Shown one piece after another: positions 8,427 through 18,060 of a stretch of DNA of 64,000 bases (positions are counted from its first letter, which is position 1; each line of letters starts with the position of its first letter). Position numbers and translations under genes: made by a program. Source of the DNA: Bacillota bacterium. Lineage in GTDB: Bacteria > Bacillota > Proteinivoracia > UBA4975. The notes beneath the pieces were generated by a model. That model ran no database searches and was not told the origin of the DNA. It was given only the letters and a program-made list of their open reading frames with translations. The stretch spans positions 37,978-101,977 of the forward strand of contig JAAYIH010000036.1 in NCBI GenBank assembly GCA_012523545.1, written 5' to 3'.

Positions 8427-9383
8427 GTGCTTGTCTACGCAGGAGTTTTGCTCATTTCCTTTGTCTTTGCCGTGGCTCTGGGCTGGTTTATGATTCCCTT
8501 CCTGCAACGCCGGCGCATTGGCCAGAGTATCAGGGATGTGGGACCGCAGACCCATCTGAGCAAGGCGGGGACCCCGACCATGGGCGGACTGATCTTTATT
8601 ATCGCCGGGCTGGCGGCATCGGTGGTGTTTATGCCCCGGAATGCAGAGGGATACCTGACCTTGTTTTTGGCTCTGGCCTTTGGCAGCATCGGTTTCGCCG
8701 ACGATTATCTCAAAGTGGTTTTAAAACGCTCTTTGGGGCTGAAGGCCAGGCAAAAACTGCTGGGCCAGTTTACGGCGGCTTTCCTGTTTTACCTGGCGCT
8801 GAGATGGATGAATGTCCAGCATACCCTTGCGGTTCCCTGGCTGGGTTCGGTGTCTCTGGGGTGGCTATATCCCGTATTTGTCGCGGTTTTTTTGGTGGGG
8901 ACCACCAATGCAGTAAATTTGAGCGACGGGGTTGACGGCTTGGCCGGAGGGCTGGCTGTCATTACCCTGCTGGCCCAGGCTCTCATAGGATGGTTTGCCG
9001 GCTTGCCGGGCGTGGTGTATGTGGCCGTGGCTGTGGCAGGCGGGGTGCTGGGCTACCTGGTCTACAATCTTCACCCCGCCCGAATAATCATGGGAGACAC
9101 CGGTTCCCTGGCTTTGGGCGGCGCCATCGGCGCCATGGCGGTGTTGACAAAAACGGAGTTGTTGTTTCTGTTTTTTATGGGCATAGTATTTGTGCTGGAG
9201 ACGGCTTCGGTTATCATCCAGGTCCTGTATTTTCGCCTTACCGGGCGCAGGGTATTTTTGATGGCCCCCATTCATCACCATTTTGAACTCAAAGGTTGGA
9301 GCGAATGGAAAGTATGCCGTCGCTTCTGGCTGGTGCAAGCCATTGGCGCAGCGGCGGCAGTTGCAATCTGGCTGTCGGCATAA
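8427..9383 (+). CDS. mraY: Phospho-MurNAc-pentapeptide transferase
   Basis: KAGTPTMGG, GFADDYLK, NAVNLSDGVDGL, MGDTGSLALG, MAPIHHHFEL. Confidence 0.97.
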   Translation: MLVYAGVLLISFVFAVALGWFMIPFLQRRRIGQSIRDVGPQTHLSKAGTPTMGGLIFIIAGLAASVVFMPRNAEGYLTLFLALAFGSIGFADDYLKVVLKRSLGLKARQKLLGQFTAAFLFYLALRWMNVQHTLAVPWLGSVSLGWLYPVFVAVFLVGTTNAVNLSDGVDGLAGGLAVITLLAQALIGWFAGLPGVVYVAVAVAGGVLGYLVYNLHPARIIMGDTGSLALGGAIGAMAVLTKTELLFLFFMGIVFVLETASVIIQVLYFRLTGRRVFLMAPIHHHFELKGWSEWKVCRRFWLVQAIGAAAAVAIWLSA

Positions 9384-9395
9384 GGAGGGATGGGA

Positions 9396-10745
9396 ATGTT
9401 TAAGGGCAAGAGGGTCGTGGTTTTGGGCGCCGCCAGGAGCGGCATTGCCGCGGCTCAGGTATTGCTCGCTTCGGGCGCCGAGGTTATCCTCACCGACATT
9501 ACCCCATTGCATCAGATGCCGGAGGCAGAGCGCGTTGCCCTGCAAAACATGAATATTCGCCTGGTCACCGGCAGCCATCCGCCCGCCCTTTTGCAGGGGA
9601 CGGACCTGATTGTCAAGAACCCCGGCATTTCTCCCAATATTGAGTTCCTGGCGGCGGCCAGGGCCATGAATATCAAGTGGATCAGCGAACTGGAACTGGC
9701 CTGGCTGGTAACCGAGGCCGAACTGGTGGCTGTAACCGGTACCAACGGCAAGACAACCACCACGGCGTTGCTGGGTGAGATATTCTCCTGCGGCCCGCGG
9801 CCGTCGGCTGTGGGCGGCAACATCGGCGTGCCCCTGACGGAAGTCAGTTTTGGCAAGAGCCGGGAATGGATATTAATTGCCGAAGTCAGCAGCTTTCAGC
9901 TGGAAGACTGCTATCAATTGCATCCCCGTGTGGCGGTTTTCACCAACATAACTCCCGACCACTTGGACCGCCACGGGACCATGGAAAACTATATTGCGGC
10001 TAAATTGCGGCTGGTGCAAAACCAGACGGAAGCCGACTATGTCGTGGTCAATATGGACGATCCGGTTCTTTCTGCTCTGAATTTGGGCCGGGGGAAACGG
10101 GTCGGATACAGTCTCAGTCCTTCCGCCGGCGCCGATTGTTATGCGGATGAAGACTGGTTTTACTGGCGGGGGGAAAAAATCGCACCGGTGGCCGAGTTAA
10201 AAATTCCCGGCAGGCACAACCGGCAAAATGCCCTGGCCGCCGTAGCTGCTGCCAAAGTTATGGATTTGCCGGCGGAAACCATTCGCCGGGGCCTGGCGGC
10301 CTTTGCCGGCGTCGAACACCGCCTGGAATTCGTAGGCGAGTATCGCGGCATAAGATTTTACAATGATTCCAAGGCAACCAATCCCGAGTCCACCAGGATT
10401 GCCCTGAACTCATTTGCCAGGAAAGTGGTGCTGCTGGCCGGCGGCTACGACAAGGGCGCGGATTTCCGCGCGCTTGCCGGCCTGTTCAGGGACAAAGTCC
10501 GGTTGTTGGTGGCCTATGGCGCAACGGGTGAGAAGATGGTGCGGCAACTGGCGCAAGGCGGTTTTACCGAGGCAGTTCTGGCAGAGGACCTGGCCGGGGC
10601 TTTTTCCCAGGCCACGGAGCGGGCGCGGCCCGGGGACATCGTTCTTCTGTCGCCGGCGTGCGCCAGCTGGGATCAGTACAAAAATTTTGAAGAGCGCGGC
10701 CGGCACTTTAAGTCTCTGGTCGCCGGTTGGAGGGATAAAGTGTGA
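9396..10745 (+). CDS. murD: UDP-MurNAc-L-Ala--D-Glu ligase
   Basis: GAARSG, VTGTNGKTTTT, GGNIG, EVSSFQL, NDSKATN, LSPACASWDQYKNFEERG. Confidence 0.97.
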   Translation: MFKGKRVVVLGAARSGIAAAQVLLASGAEVILTDITPLHQMPEAERVALQNMNIRLVTGSHPPALLQGTDLIVKNPGISPNIEFLAAARAMNIKWISELELAWLVTEAELVAVTGTNGKTTTTALLGEIFSCGPRPSAVGGNIGVPLTEVSFGKSREWILIAEVSSFQLEDCYQLHPRVAVFTNITPDHLDRHGTMENYIAAKLRLVQNQTEADYVVVNMDDPVLSALNLGRGKRVGYSLSPSAGADCYADEDWFYWRGEKIAPVAELKIPGRHNRQNALAAVAAAKVMDLPAETIRRGLAAFAGVEHRLEFVGEYRGIRFYNDSKATNPESTRIALNSFARKVVLLAGGYDKGADFRALAGLFRDKVRLLVAYGATGEKMVRQLAQGGFTEAVLAEDLAGAFSQATERARPGDIVLLSPACASWDQYKNFEERGRHFKSLVAGWRDKV

Positions 10746-11836
10746 AGAGCCGACAACCTCCGGATACTCTGCTTTTGCTGGCGACATTTCTGCTGCTGGG
10801 AATTGGCCTGGTCATGGTCTACAGCGCCAGCTCCGTCGTGTCCCTGTACCGTTACAACATCAGCTACTATTTTTTGCGCAGGCAGGGGATATTTGCCGCT
10901 TTGGGCCTAGCTGTCATGTTTATCTGCATGCGCTTTAATTACTGGAACTGGCGCCGCTTTCTCAAGCCGGCGTTTGTACTTAATTTCGTCTTTCTGATTA
11001 TAGTCCTTATTCCCGGTCTGGGCGTCGAGCGCAGCGAGGCCAGGCGCTGGATTGATCTGGGCTTTACCCACTTCCAGCCCTCCGATTTTTCCAAATTGGC
11101 CCTGGTCTTGTTTACAGCCAATTACCTGGTGGTCAACAAAGACCGGATTGCCAACTTTTCCAGAGGCCTGTTGCCGGTTCTCGCGGTTACCGGGCTGACC
11201 TTTGGCCTGATCATGCTTCAGCCCGATTTGGGAACCGGGGTGACGATTCTGATGACCATTTATATCATGTTGTTTGGCGGCGGCGCCCGGATTCTCCACC
11301 TGCTGGGCCTGGCTTCGGCTGCCATACCCGCCATTGTGGGCCTGATTTTCCTGGCGCCATATCGACTGGCCCGCCTGATGTCATTCCTCAATCCCTGGGC
11401 TGATCCCCGCAACACCGGGTTTCAAATTATCCAGTCGCTGTTGGCCATAGGTTCCGGCAGCCTGGCCGGGGTGGGTCTGGGCGGCAGCCGCCAGAAATTT
11501 CTGTACCTGCCCCATCCCTGGACAGATTTTATATACTCAATCATTTGTGAAGAGCTGGGGTTCATCGGCGGCGCCGCGGTTATCATCCTCTTTTTGATTT
11601 TGATTTGGCGCGGTTTACGCATTGCCATGGCTGCCCCGGACCTGTTTGGCAAATACCTGGCCCTGGGTTTGACGGCCATGATTGCCGTGCAGGTCTGCAT
11701 AAATCTCGGCGTTGCATTGGGCACGCTGCCGGTAACGGGCATAGCGTTGCCCCTGATCAGCTACGGCGGCACATCGCTGCTCTTGACTTTGGGCAGCATA
11801 GGCATACTGCTTAATATTTCCCGTTACGCCATGTAA
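10742..11836 (+). CDS. spoVE: SEDS-family PG polymerase SpoVE/FtsW
   Basis: ARRWIDLG, FQPSDFSK, LQPDLGT, LPHPWTDFI, GIALPLISYGGTS. Confidence 0.92.
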   Translation: MKSRQPPDTLLLLATFLLLGIGLVMVYSASSVVSLYRYNISYYFLRRQGIFAALGLAVMFICMRFNYWNWRRFLKPAFVLNFVFLIIVLIPGLGVERSEARRWIDLGFTHFQPSDFSKLALVLFTANYLVVNKDRIANFSRGLLPVLAVTGLTFGLIMLQPDLGTGVTILMTIYIMLFGGGARILHLLGLASAAIPAIVGLIFLAPYRLARLMSFLNPWADPRNTGFQIIQSLLAIGSGSLAGVGLGGSRQKFLYLPHPWTDFIYSIICEELGFIGGAAVIILFLILIWRGLRIAMAAPDLFGKYLALGLTAMIAVQVCINLGVALGTLPVTGIALPLISYGGTSLLLTLGSIGILLNISRYAM

Positions 11837-11845
11837 GGACAAAAA

Positions 11846-11874
11846 CACAGCTTTCCCCGGGATTGCATACAATG
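11846..11874 (+). promoter_or_regulatory. Mother-cell (sigmaK/sigmaE)-like promoter before murA
   Basis: CACA-N16-CATACAAT; the -10 is a perfect CATACAAT. Confidence 0.45.
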
Positions 11875-11915
11875 ATTTAGCACGCTAAGCACGCTGGTTG
11901 GAGAGGGGAAAGACT

Positions 11916-13187
11916 GTGGGACGATATATCATTCGCGGGGGCAGAGCAATTTCAGGGACCTTGTCTGTTCAGGGCGCCAAAAATTCCGCCTTGCCCATCA
12001 TGGCAGCCTGCATTCTCAGCACCGGAAAGTCTGTTTTGGACAATGTGCCCCGCCTGACAGACGTCCAGGTGATGGCAGAGATTATGCAGATGGCAGGGGC
12101 CAAAGTGGCATGGACCGGAAACTCAACCCTTTCCATTGACTGCACTGATGTCGACAACGGGGATGTGCCTGAGCACCTCATGCGCCGCATGCGTTCATCA
12201 TTTATTGTCGTCGGACCGTTGCTGGGCCGGCTGGGCAGAGTTCGGGTCACTTATCCCGGTGGTTGCGCCATTGGCACACGCGCCATCGATTTGCACCTGA
12301 TGGGTTTGAGCAAGCTGGGCGCCAGGATTACGCCGACCAATTCCGGATACATTGAATTCCAGGCCGAAAAGCTGCGGGGAACCCAGATCGACCTGGACAT
12401 CCCCAGCGTCGGCGCCACTGAAAATATCATGATGGCTGCCGTCACTGCGCAAGGTACTACGGTAATCAGCAATCCCGCCCGCGAGCCGGAGATTGTCGAC
12501 CTGCAGTGTTTTCTGAACAAGTTGGGGGCCAAGGTTTCCGGCGCCGGCAGCGATGTCATTGTCATTGAAGGCGTTGAAAGCCTTGGCGCAGCCCGCCACA
12601 GCATCATTCCCGACCGGATTGCGGCGGGAACGTTGCTGGTCGCCGCTGCCGTCACCGGCGGCGATGTAACATTGACCGATGTCGTGCCCGGGCACCTGTC
12701 GGTGGTAATAGCCAAACTCCGGGAGATGGGAGCAGAAATTGAAACCCAGGCCAATTCAATCCGCATCGTTTCCCGGGGAAAATTGCAATCGGTCAATAAA
12801 ATAGTTACTGCTCCGTACCCGGGGTTCCCCACCGATATGCAGCCCCAGTTTATGGCGGCCTTGGCCACCGCCCGCGGAGTCAGCGTCTTGACGGAAAAAA
12901 TATTTGACGGCCGTTTTAAGCATATCGACGAGCTTCGCCGCATGGGAGCCAACATCAGCGTAGATAACAGAACGGCCATCATTCGGGGCGTGGAGACCCT
13001 TTACGGAACCAATGTGGTGGCGACGGATTTGCGGGCCGGCGCCGCGTTGGTCATTGCTGCTTTGGGCGCCCAGGGGGTTACGGTGGTAGAAGGCGTAAGC
13101 CATATCGATAGGGGCTACGTGGCTCTGGAGCAGCAGTTATTGACTTTGGGAGCTGATATCACCAGGAGAGAGGGGGAATGGGCTTGA
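11916..13187 (+). CDS. murA: UDP-GlcNAc 1-carboxyvinyltransferase
   Basis: GAKNSALP, PGGCAIG (catalytic Cys loop), SVGATEN, PGFPTDMQ, TDLRAGAALV; GTG 11916 follows RBS GAGAGGGG. Confidence 0.95.
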   Translation: MGRYIIRGGRAISGTLSVQGAKNSALPIMAACILSTGKSVLDNVPRLTDVQVMAEIMQMAGAKVAWTGNSTLSIDCTDVDNGDVPEHLMRRMRSSFIVVGPLLGRLGRVRVTYPGGCAIGTRAIDLHLMGLSKLGARITPTNSGYIEFQAEKLRGTQIDLDIPSVGATENIMMAAVTAQGTTVISNPAREPEIVDLQCFLNKLGAKVSGAGSDVIVIEGVESLGAARHSIIPDRIAAGTLLVAAAVTGGDVTLTDVVPGHLSVVIAKLREMGAEIETQANSIRIVSRGKLQSVNKIVTAPYPGFPTDMQPQFMAALATARGVSVLTEKIFDGRFKHIDELRRMGANISVDNRTAIIRGVETLYGTNVVATDLRAGAALVIAALGAQGVTVVEGVSHIDRGYVALEQQLLTLGADITRREGEWA

Positions 13188-13951
13188 ACCGGGACAATGT
13201 CGTATTGTATCCCCGCCGCAAACGCAGGAGAGCAGTCAGTTCCTGGTTTTGGTTGCTCCTCTCCTCCTTTTTCCTGGCGGTACTTATAGTGCTCTACCTG
13301 GCTTCTCCCCTGGCCTTGGTGGCCGGGATTACGGTGGTGGGGGCGGAGAGACTGAGCGCCGAGGAGATATTGTCCGTCGCCAATCTGGAACCGGGCATGT
13401 CTTTATGGCGTTTTAGCGTTAGCCAATGCGGGGACAAGCTTTCGGCCCATCCCTGGATCGCCGAAGCCAGGGTAAAAAGGGTTTTCCCCAATTCTCTTGT
13501 CGTGACGGTGCAGGAACGCAGGGCAATGGCCGTGCTGGCGGGAACAGAGGAAAATTGGCTGGTGGCCGGGGATGGCATGGTCCTGGGCAGTTATGACGGC
13601 CTGTCGTTGCCCTGGCTGACGGGTCTTGATGTCGGTCCGCTGGAGCCGGGCGCCCTGGTGCGGGAGGAGGCGGCCCTGTGCGGTTTAGGCTGGCTTGAGG
13701 CCATGAGCTTCATTGACGCGCAAATTTCCGAGATCAATGTGTCCGCCTATCCTGTTTCTGTCATGATCTTTACCAACGATGGCTACCAGGTCTATTTTGC
13801 CGCTGCCGACGACTGTGCCCGGAGGGCAGCGGATCTGCACTTGTTGCTGGGGGAGTTGCGGAGCCAGGGGCAAAAGGGAGTCATTGATTTTCGCACGGGC
13901 AAGGGCAAGGCTGTATTTAAGCCCTGGCCCGATCAGGAGGCCGAAGAGTAG
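13178..13951 (+). CDS. divIB: Cell division protein DivIB/FtsQ
   Basis: N-terminal TM, POTRA domain (HPWIAEARVKRVFPNSLVVTVQER), C-terminal IDFR. Confidence 0.85.
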   Translation: MGLNRDNVVLYPRRKRRRAVSSWFWLLLSSFFLAVLIVLYLASPLALVAGITVVGAERLSAEEILSVANLEPGMSLWRFSVSQCGDKLSAHPWIAEARVKRVFPNSLVVTVQERRAMAVLAGTEENWLVAGDGMVLGSYDGLSLPWLTGLDVGPLEPGALVREEAALCGLGWLEAMSFIDAQISEINVSAYPVSVMIFTNDGYQVYFAAADDCARRAADLHLLLGELRSQGQKGVIDFRTGKGKAVFKPWPDQEAEE

Positions 13952-13972
13952 CGCAACTTTTTCCGGCCAAAA

Positions 13973-13999
13973 AAAGGGAAACGCCACACGGTGTGGAAT
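13973..13999 (+). promoter_or_regulatory. sigmaH-like promoter for ftsAZ
   Basis: AAAGGGAAA-N11-GTGGAAT; analogous to B. subtilis ftsA P2. Confidence 0.5.
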
Positions 14000-14034
14000 T
14001 TAATATATTAGGAAAAGGGCGGGGGTGTACATAA

Positions 14035-15252
14035 TTGGCCAAGAATCCGTTGATCTGCAGTCTAGATATTGGGACATCAAATACCCGCGCAATTGTTGGA
14101 GAAATTGACCGGGACGGCAATGTCAATATTATCGGCATTGGACAGTGCCAGTCCACGGGTTTAAAAAAAGGGATTATTATAGATATTGATGCAACTGTGC
14201 GGGGGATAGCCGACGCAATCAGCCAGGCCGAACGCATGATAGGCGAGGCTATCACCAGTGTTTTTGTGGCCATCGGCGGTCCCCAAACCAACCTGCTTAA
14301 AAACAGGGGAGTCGTGGCCGTTCACGGCGACGACAGGGAAGTAACCGAAGCAGATGTGGACAGGGTTATTCAGGCTGCCCGGGTGCTGGCCATTCCCCCG
14401 GAACGCGAGATCATAAACGTCAGTCCGATTTCTTACATAGTGGACGGGTATGAAGGCATAAAGGATCCGGTGGGCATGATCGGCGTGCGCCTGGAAGTGG
14501 ATGCGCTGATTGTAACCGGACAGGCCACATATTTGCAAAACATTCGCCGCTGTGTCGAGCGGGCCGGCCTTGAGGTGTCGGGCTTGATTTTTAAGGGCTT
14601 GTCTTCGGGATTCATGGCCTTGTCCCGGGATGAAAGGGAATTGGGGTGCGCCCTTGTCGATATCGGCGGCGGCGTCTCAGAAATCGCCATCTATAAACAC
14701 GACAACTTAATCAGCTTTGCGTCCATTCCCCAGGGCGGCGATCTCATTACCCAGGATTTGGCCCACGGCCTGCGCGTTTCTATGGCCCAGGCGGAGCAGA
14801 TAAAGCAGGTATACGGTGCCGCTACATTCGAGAGTGCCGGCAGCGATGTCATCAGAGTAGAGAGTGTGGGTTCCGCAGCGCCCTATGAAGTGGAATCTGT
14901 TCAGCTGGTTGATTACATCCAACCCCGGGTGGAGGAGATTTTTGATTATATCCGTAACGAGTTGATTCGCGCCGGGTTCAATGAACCTCCGGGCGGCGGG
15001 GTTGTGCTGACAGGGGGAACCTGCCAGTTGCCCGGCCTGCCCGACGTGGCAGCCAGGAAATTGGGCACCAATGTGCGCATTTTTCGCCCTAAACAAATTG
15101 GCGTAACCGATCCCTCGTTTACGGCCAGTACAGCTGTTCTTCAATTCATTGCCCGCCATGACCCGCTGATTTTGCTAAAACCGCAAACCAGGCGTAAGAG
15201 TTCTGCTTGGGGCGACAAAATCAAAGCGCTGATGCGGGATTTGTTTGGCTAG
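14035..15252 (+). CDS. ftsA: Cell division ATPase FtsA
   Basis: LDIGTS, DPVGMIGVRLE, VDIGGG, VVLTGG actin-fold motifs. Confidence 0.95.
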   Translation: MAKNPLICSLDIGTSNTRAIVGEIDRDGNVNIIGIGQCQSTGLKKGIIIDIDATVRGIADAISQAERMIGEAITSVFVAIGGPQTNLLKNRGVVAVHGDDREVTEADVDRVIQAARVLAIPPEREIINVSPISYIVDGYEGIKDPVGMIGVRLEVDALIVTGQATYLQNIRRCVERAGLEVSGLIFKGLSSGFMALSRDERELGCALVDIGGGVSEIAIYKHDNLISFASIPQGGDLITQDLAHGLRVSMAQAEQIKQVYGAATFESAGSDVIRVESVGSAAPYEVESVQLVDYIQPRVEEIFDYIRNELIRAGFNEPPGGGVVLTGGTCQLPGLPDVAARKLGTNVRIFRPKQIGVTDPSFTASTAVLQFIARHDPLILLKPQTRRKSSAWGDKIKALMRDLFG

Positions 15253-15267
15253 GGAGGAGGTGCCCGC

Positions 15268-16317
15268 GTGGCAGATTATTTCGATGTGGATATAGAACAG
15301 TATGCACACATTAAGGTCATCGGTGTCGGCGGCGGCGGCAGCAATGCCGTGAACAGAATGGTGGAAGCCGGCGTCAAGGGCGTCGAGTTTATTGCGGTCA
15401 ATACCGATGCCCAGGCGTTGCACATGTCCTGTGCGGACGTGAAAGTGCAAATCGGCGCCAAGCTTACCAAGGGCCTGGGCGCCGGCGCCAACCCCGAAGT
15501 GGGACGCAAGGCCGCCGAGGAAAGTATCGAAGAACTCAGGAAAAACATCGTCGGGGCCGACATGGTCTTTGTCACTGCAGGAATGGGGGGCGGAACCGGT
15601 ACGGGGGCAGCTCCCATTATTGCCGAACTGGCCAAGGAAGCAGGGGCTCTTACCGTCGGAGTTGTCACCAAGCCCTTTTCCTTTGAAGGGCGGCGACGGG
15701 CGCTGTACGCCGAAAAAGGCATTGAATTGCTGAAATCCAAGGTGGATACCCTCATTGTCATTCCCAACGACCGCTTGTACAAAGTGGTGGATGAACGCAC
15801 TCCCATTGTCGAAGCCTTCCGCATCGCAGATGATGTTTTGCGTCAAGGCGTTCAGGGGCTCTCCGATTTAATCACCACCTCGGGCCTCATCAACCTGGAC
15901 TTTGCCGACGTCAAGACCATCATGCAGGAGACGGGTGCAGCCCTAATGGGCATAGGCAGAGCCAAAGGGGAGTCCAGGGCAGCCGACGCTGCGCGCCAGG
16001 CCATTACCAGCCCGCTGCTGGAGACCTCCATTGACGGGGCCAAAGGAGTGATCCTGAACATTACCGGCGGCGACAACCTCACCATCTATGAGGCCGGTGA
16101 GGCGGCCCGCGTAATTAAAGAGCATGCCGACAAAGACGTCAACCTGATTTACGGACTGGTCATCAATTCCCAGATGCAGGATGAAGTCAGTGTAACGGTG
16201 ATTGCCACCGGTATCGACAGTCCGGCTGAACGCCGGGCGTCAGCCGAGGGCTGGGAACCCACCGAGGAAAATCAGGAGGATATCGACATCCCCGCCTATT
16301 TGCGCAGAAAAAAGTAG
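15268..16317 (+). CDS. ftsZ: Cell division protein FtsZ
   Basis: [26 protein letters not shown]-terminal [11 protein letters not shown]. Confidence 0.99.
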   Translation: MADYFDVDIEQYAHIKVIGVGGGGSNAVNRMVEAGVKGVEFIAVNTDAQALHMSCADVKVQIGAKLTKGLGAGANPEVGRKAAEESIEELRKNIVGADMVFVTAGMGGGTGTGAAPIIAELAKEAGALTVGVVTKPFSFEGRRRALYAEKGIELLKSKVDTLIVIPNDRLYKVVDERTPIVEAFRIADDVLRQGVQGLSDLITTSGLINLDFADVKTIMQETGAALMGIGRAKGESRAADAARQAITSPLLETSIDGAKGVILNITGGDNLTIYEAGEAARVIKEHADKDVNLIYGLVINSQMQDEVSVTVIATGIDSPAERRASAEGWEPTEENQEDIDIPAYLRRKK

Positions 16318-16345
16318 CAGACCATACGGTCTGCTGCTTTTTTTT
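16316..16345 (+). terminator. Intrinsic terminator after ftsZ
   Basis: AGCAGACC-ATAC-GGTCTGCT plus GC and T8. Confidence 0.85.
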
Positions 16346-16376
16346 GACAAATTTCGCCGGGGCGAAGTGCTAAACT
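16344..16376 (+). promoter_or_regulatory. spoIIG-type Spo0A-activated sigmaA promoter (overlong spacer)
   Basis: TTGACA (16344-16349), 21-nt spacer, TAAACT (16371-16376); 0A-box-like TGACAAA and GGGCGAA overlap it. Confidence 0.55.
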
Positions 16377-16393
16377 ATAGCCGGGGTGTTTCT

Positions 16394-17260
16394 GTGGCGG
16401 TTTACCTCGACCTCCTGCTGTTGGTTAATTTTGCCTTTAATTTTGTCCTCCTGGTTATTGCGGGATGGATGGGGCTCTGCAAATTCAGCTTAAAACGCTA
16501 TGGCCTGGCTGCGCTGGCGGGCGCAATAATTTGGCTCATATTTTTTTTTCATTCCCAATACATATTTATAGATTTGCTGTGCCGCATCGGCGGCGGGCTG
16601 GTTATGGTTGGTCTGGCCTGGCGCCCGGCGACATTCAAAGCTTTGCTTACAAATACTGCATTGGTGGTAATTGCAGGGCAGTTGCTGGGCGGGGGCATTT
16701 TCAGCCTGGCTTTGGCGGTGGAGACATCCCCCTTGGGCCGCACCTCATCCCAGCTGCCGGTGACGGTGGCGGTTGCCGGAGCCGCAGTGATGCTGGGCAT
16801 TGCCGCCTGGTGGTCGGGCAAGGTGCACACCGCCAGGCAAATGCGCTCCTTTCTGGCCGAGGCCACCATTACTTTCCAGGGCAGGACCCTCACCGTAGAA
16901 GCATTGCTGGATTCCGGGAACACCCTGCGCCATCCCGTTTCAGGCTGGCCGGTCCTCATTTTAGAGCGGAAAGAGGCCCGCCGGCTCTTTGCCGAGGATT
17001 TGCTTTGCTGGCTGGACTCGCCCCAGGACTTGCCCCCTGAGGGCCTGGAAAAGCGCATAGCGCTTATTCCCTACCAATCAGTGGGCGGTTGCGGACTGTT
17101 GGCAGCGGTAAAACTGGACAGACTGGACATAAAAGGCGCACCGGGCAAAAGCAGCTTAACTCAGGTCTATGCCGCGGTGCGGCCAAAAAACCAGAGCCCT
17201 TTGTCCCATCAAGCACTGGCTTTTCCCGTGGATAATTGGAAGGAAGGTGAGACTGGATGA
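16394..17260 (+). CDS. spoIIGA: Pro-sigmaE processing aspartic protease
   Basis: Starts '[13 protein letters not shown]', five TMs, ALLDSGN catalytic motif, IPYQSVG; directly upstream of sigE. Confidence 0.92.
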   Translation: MAVYLDLLLLVNFAFNFVLLVIAGWMGLCKFSLKRYGLAALAGAIIWLIFFFHSQYIFIDLLCRIGGGLVMVGLAWRPATFKALLTNTALVVIAGQLLGGGIFSLALAVETSPLGRTSSQLPVTVAVAGAAVMLGIAAWWSGKVHTARQMRSFLAEATITFQGRTLTVEALLDSGNTLRHPVSGWPVLILERKEARRLFAEDLLCWLDSPQDLPPEGLEKRIALIPYQSVGGCGLLAAVKLDRLDIKGAPGKSSLTQVYAAVRPKNQSPLSHQALAFPVDNWKEGETG

Positions 17261-17979
17261 AGAATTGGCGGGTGAGGCTGCGCTGGTCTTGTACATTATT
17301 TTTTTACAAGTTGCTGGGTCGGTTGGGCCTGCACCGGGAGATTTTGTTTGTGGGCAGCCACGAGGCACTGCCTCCGCCCCTTTCGGTGGAAGAAGAAGCC
17401 TATTTGATAAAAAAGCTGGCCCAGGGGGATTACGCCGTCAAAAGAATTCTCATCGAACGCAATTTGCGGCTGGTGGTTTACATTGCCCGGAAATTTGAAA
17501 ATACCGGGATAGGTTTGGAAGATCTGGCTTCCATCGGGACCATTGGCCTGATCAAAGCGGTTAACACCTTTGACCCGGGAAAAAAAATTAAGCTGGCCAC
17601 TTACGCGTCCAAGTGTATCGAGAATGAAATTCTCATGTATCTGCGCCGCAGCAACAAACTCAGGGCAGAAGTATCCTTCGACGAGCCCCTCAATGTCGAC
17701 TGGGACGGCAACGAGCTCCTGCTCTCCGATGTCCTGGGCACCGAGCCCGATGTCATTTACAAAGACCTGGAGCACCAGGTCAACAAAAAATTGTTGCTGT
17801 GCGCCCTGGAAAAACTGTCTGCCCGGGAGCGCAAAATTATGGAACTGCGCTTCGGTTTGGGTGACGGCAAGGAAAGGACCCAGAAGCAGGTGGCAGAACA
17901 TTTGGGCATATCCCAGTCGTATATTTCCCGGCTGGAGAAGAAAATCATCCTGCGCCTGAAAAAGGAGATGGCAAAATAA
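17257..17979 (+). CDS. sigE: Pro-sigmaE RNA polymerase sigma factor
   Basis: Pro-sequence, then [51 protein letters not shown]. Confidence 0.97.
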   Translation: MKNWRVRLRWSCTLFFYKLLGRLGLHREILFVGSHEALPPPLSVEEEAYLIKKLAQGDYAVKRILIERNLRLVVYIARKFENTGIGLEDLASIGTIGLIKAVNTFDPGKKIKLATYASKCIENEILMYLRRSNKLRAEVSFDEPLNVDWDGNELLLSDVLGTEPDVIYKDLEHQVNKKLLLCALEKLSARERKIMELRFGLGDGKERTQKQVAEHLGISQSYISRLEKKIILRLKKEMAK

Positions 17980-17994
17980 GGCTGAAACCGGTTC

Positions 17995-18023
17995 GCATAT
18001 TTTCAAAGGGCGAGGAGATACTT
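17995..18023 (+). promoter_or_regulatory. sigmaF/sigmaG promoter of sigG
   Basis: GCATA-N14 (T-rich)-GGAGATACTT, essentially the B. subtilis PsigG architecture. Confidence 0.75.
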
Positions 18024-18060
18024 ATTGCTGAAACTGGCATCAACCGGGGAGGCAGCCACA

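Noticed and set aside
16202-16393. ORF-track N-terminal extension of spoIIGA, and similar extensions of sigG, yggS, yloB, yloC, lspA, rluD, yloU, tmcAL, degV and patatin
   Set aside because: They run through upstream genes, terminators or promoters; SD-supported downstream starts match the family N-termini
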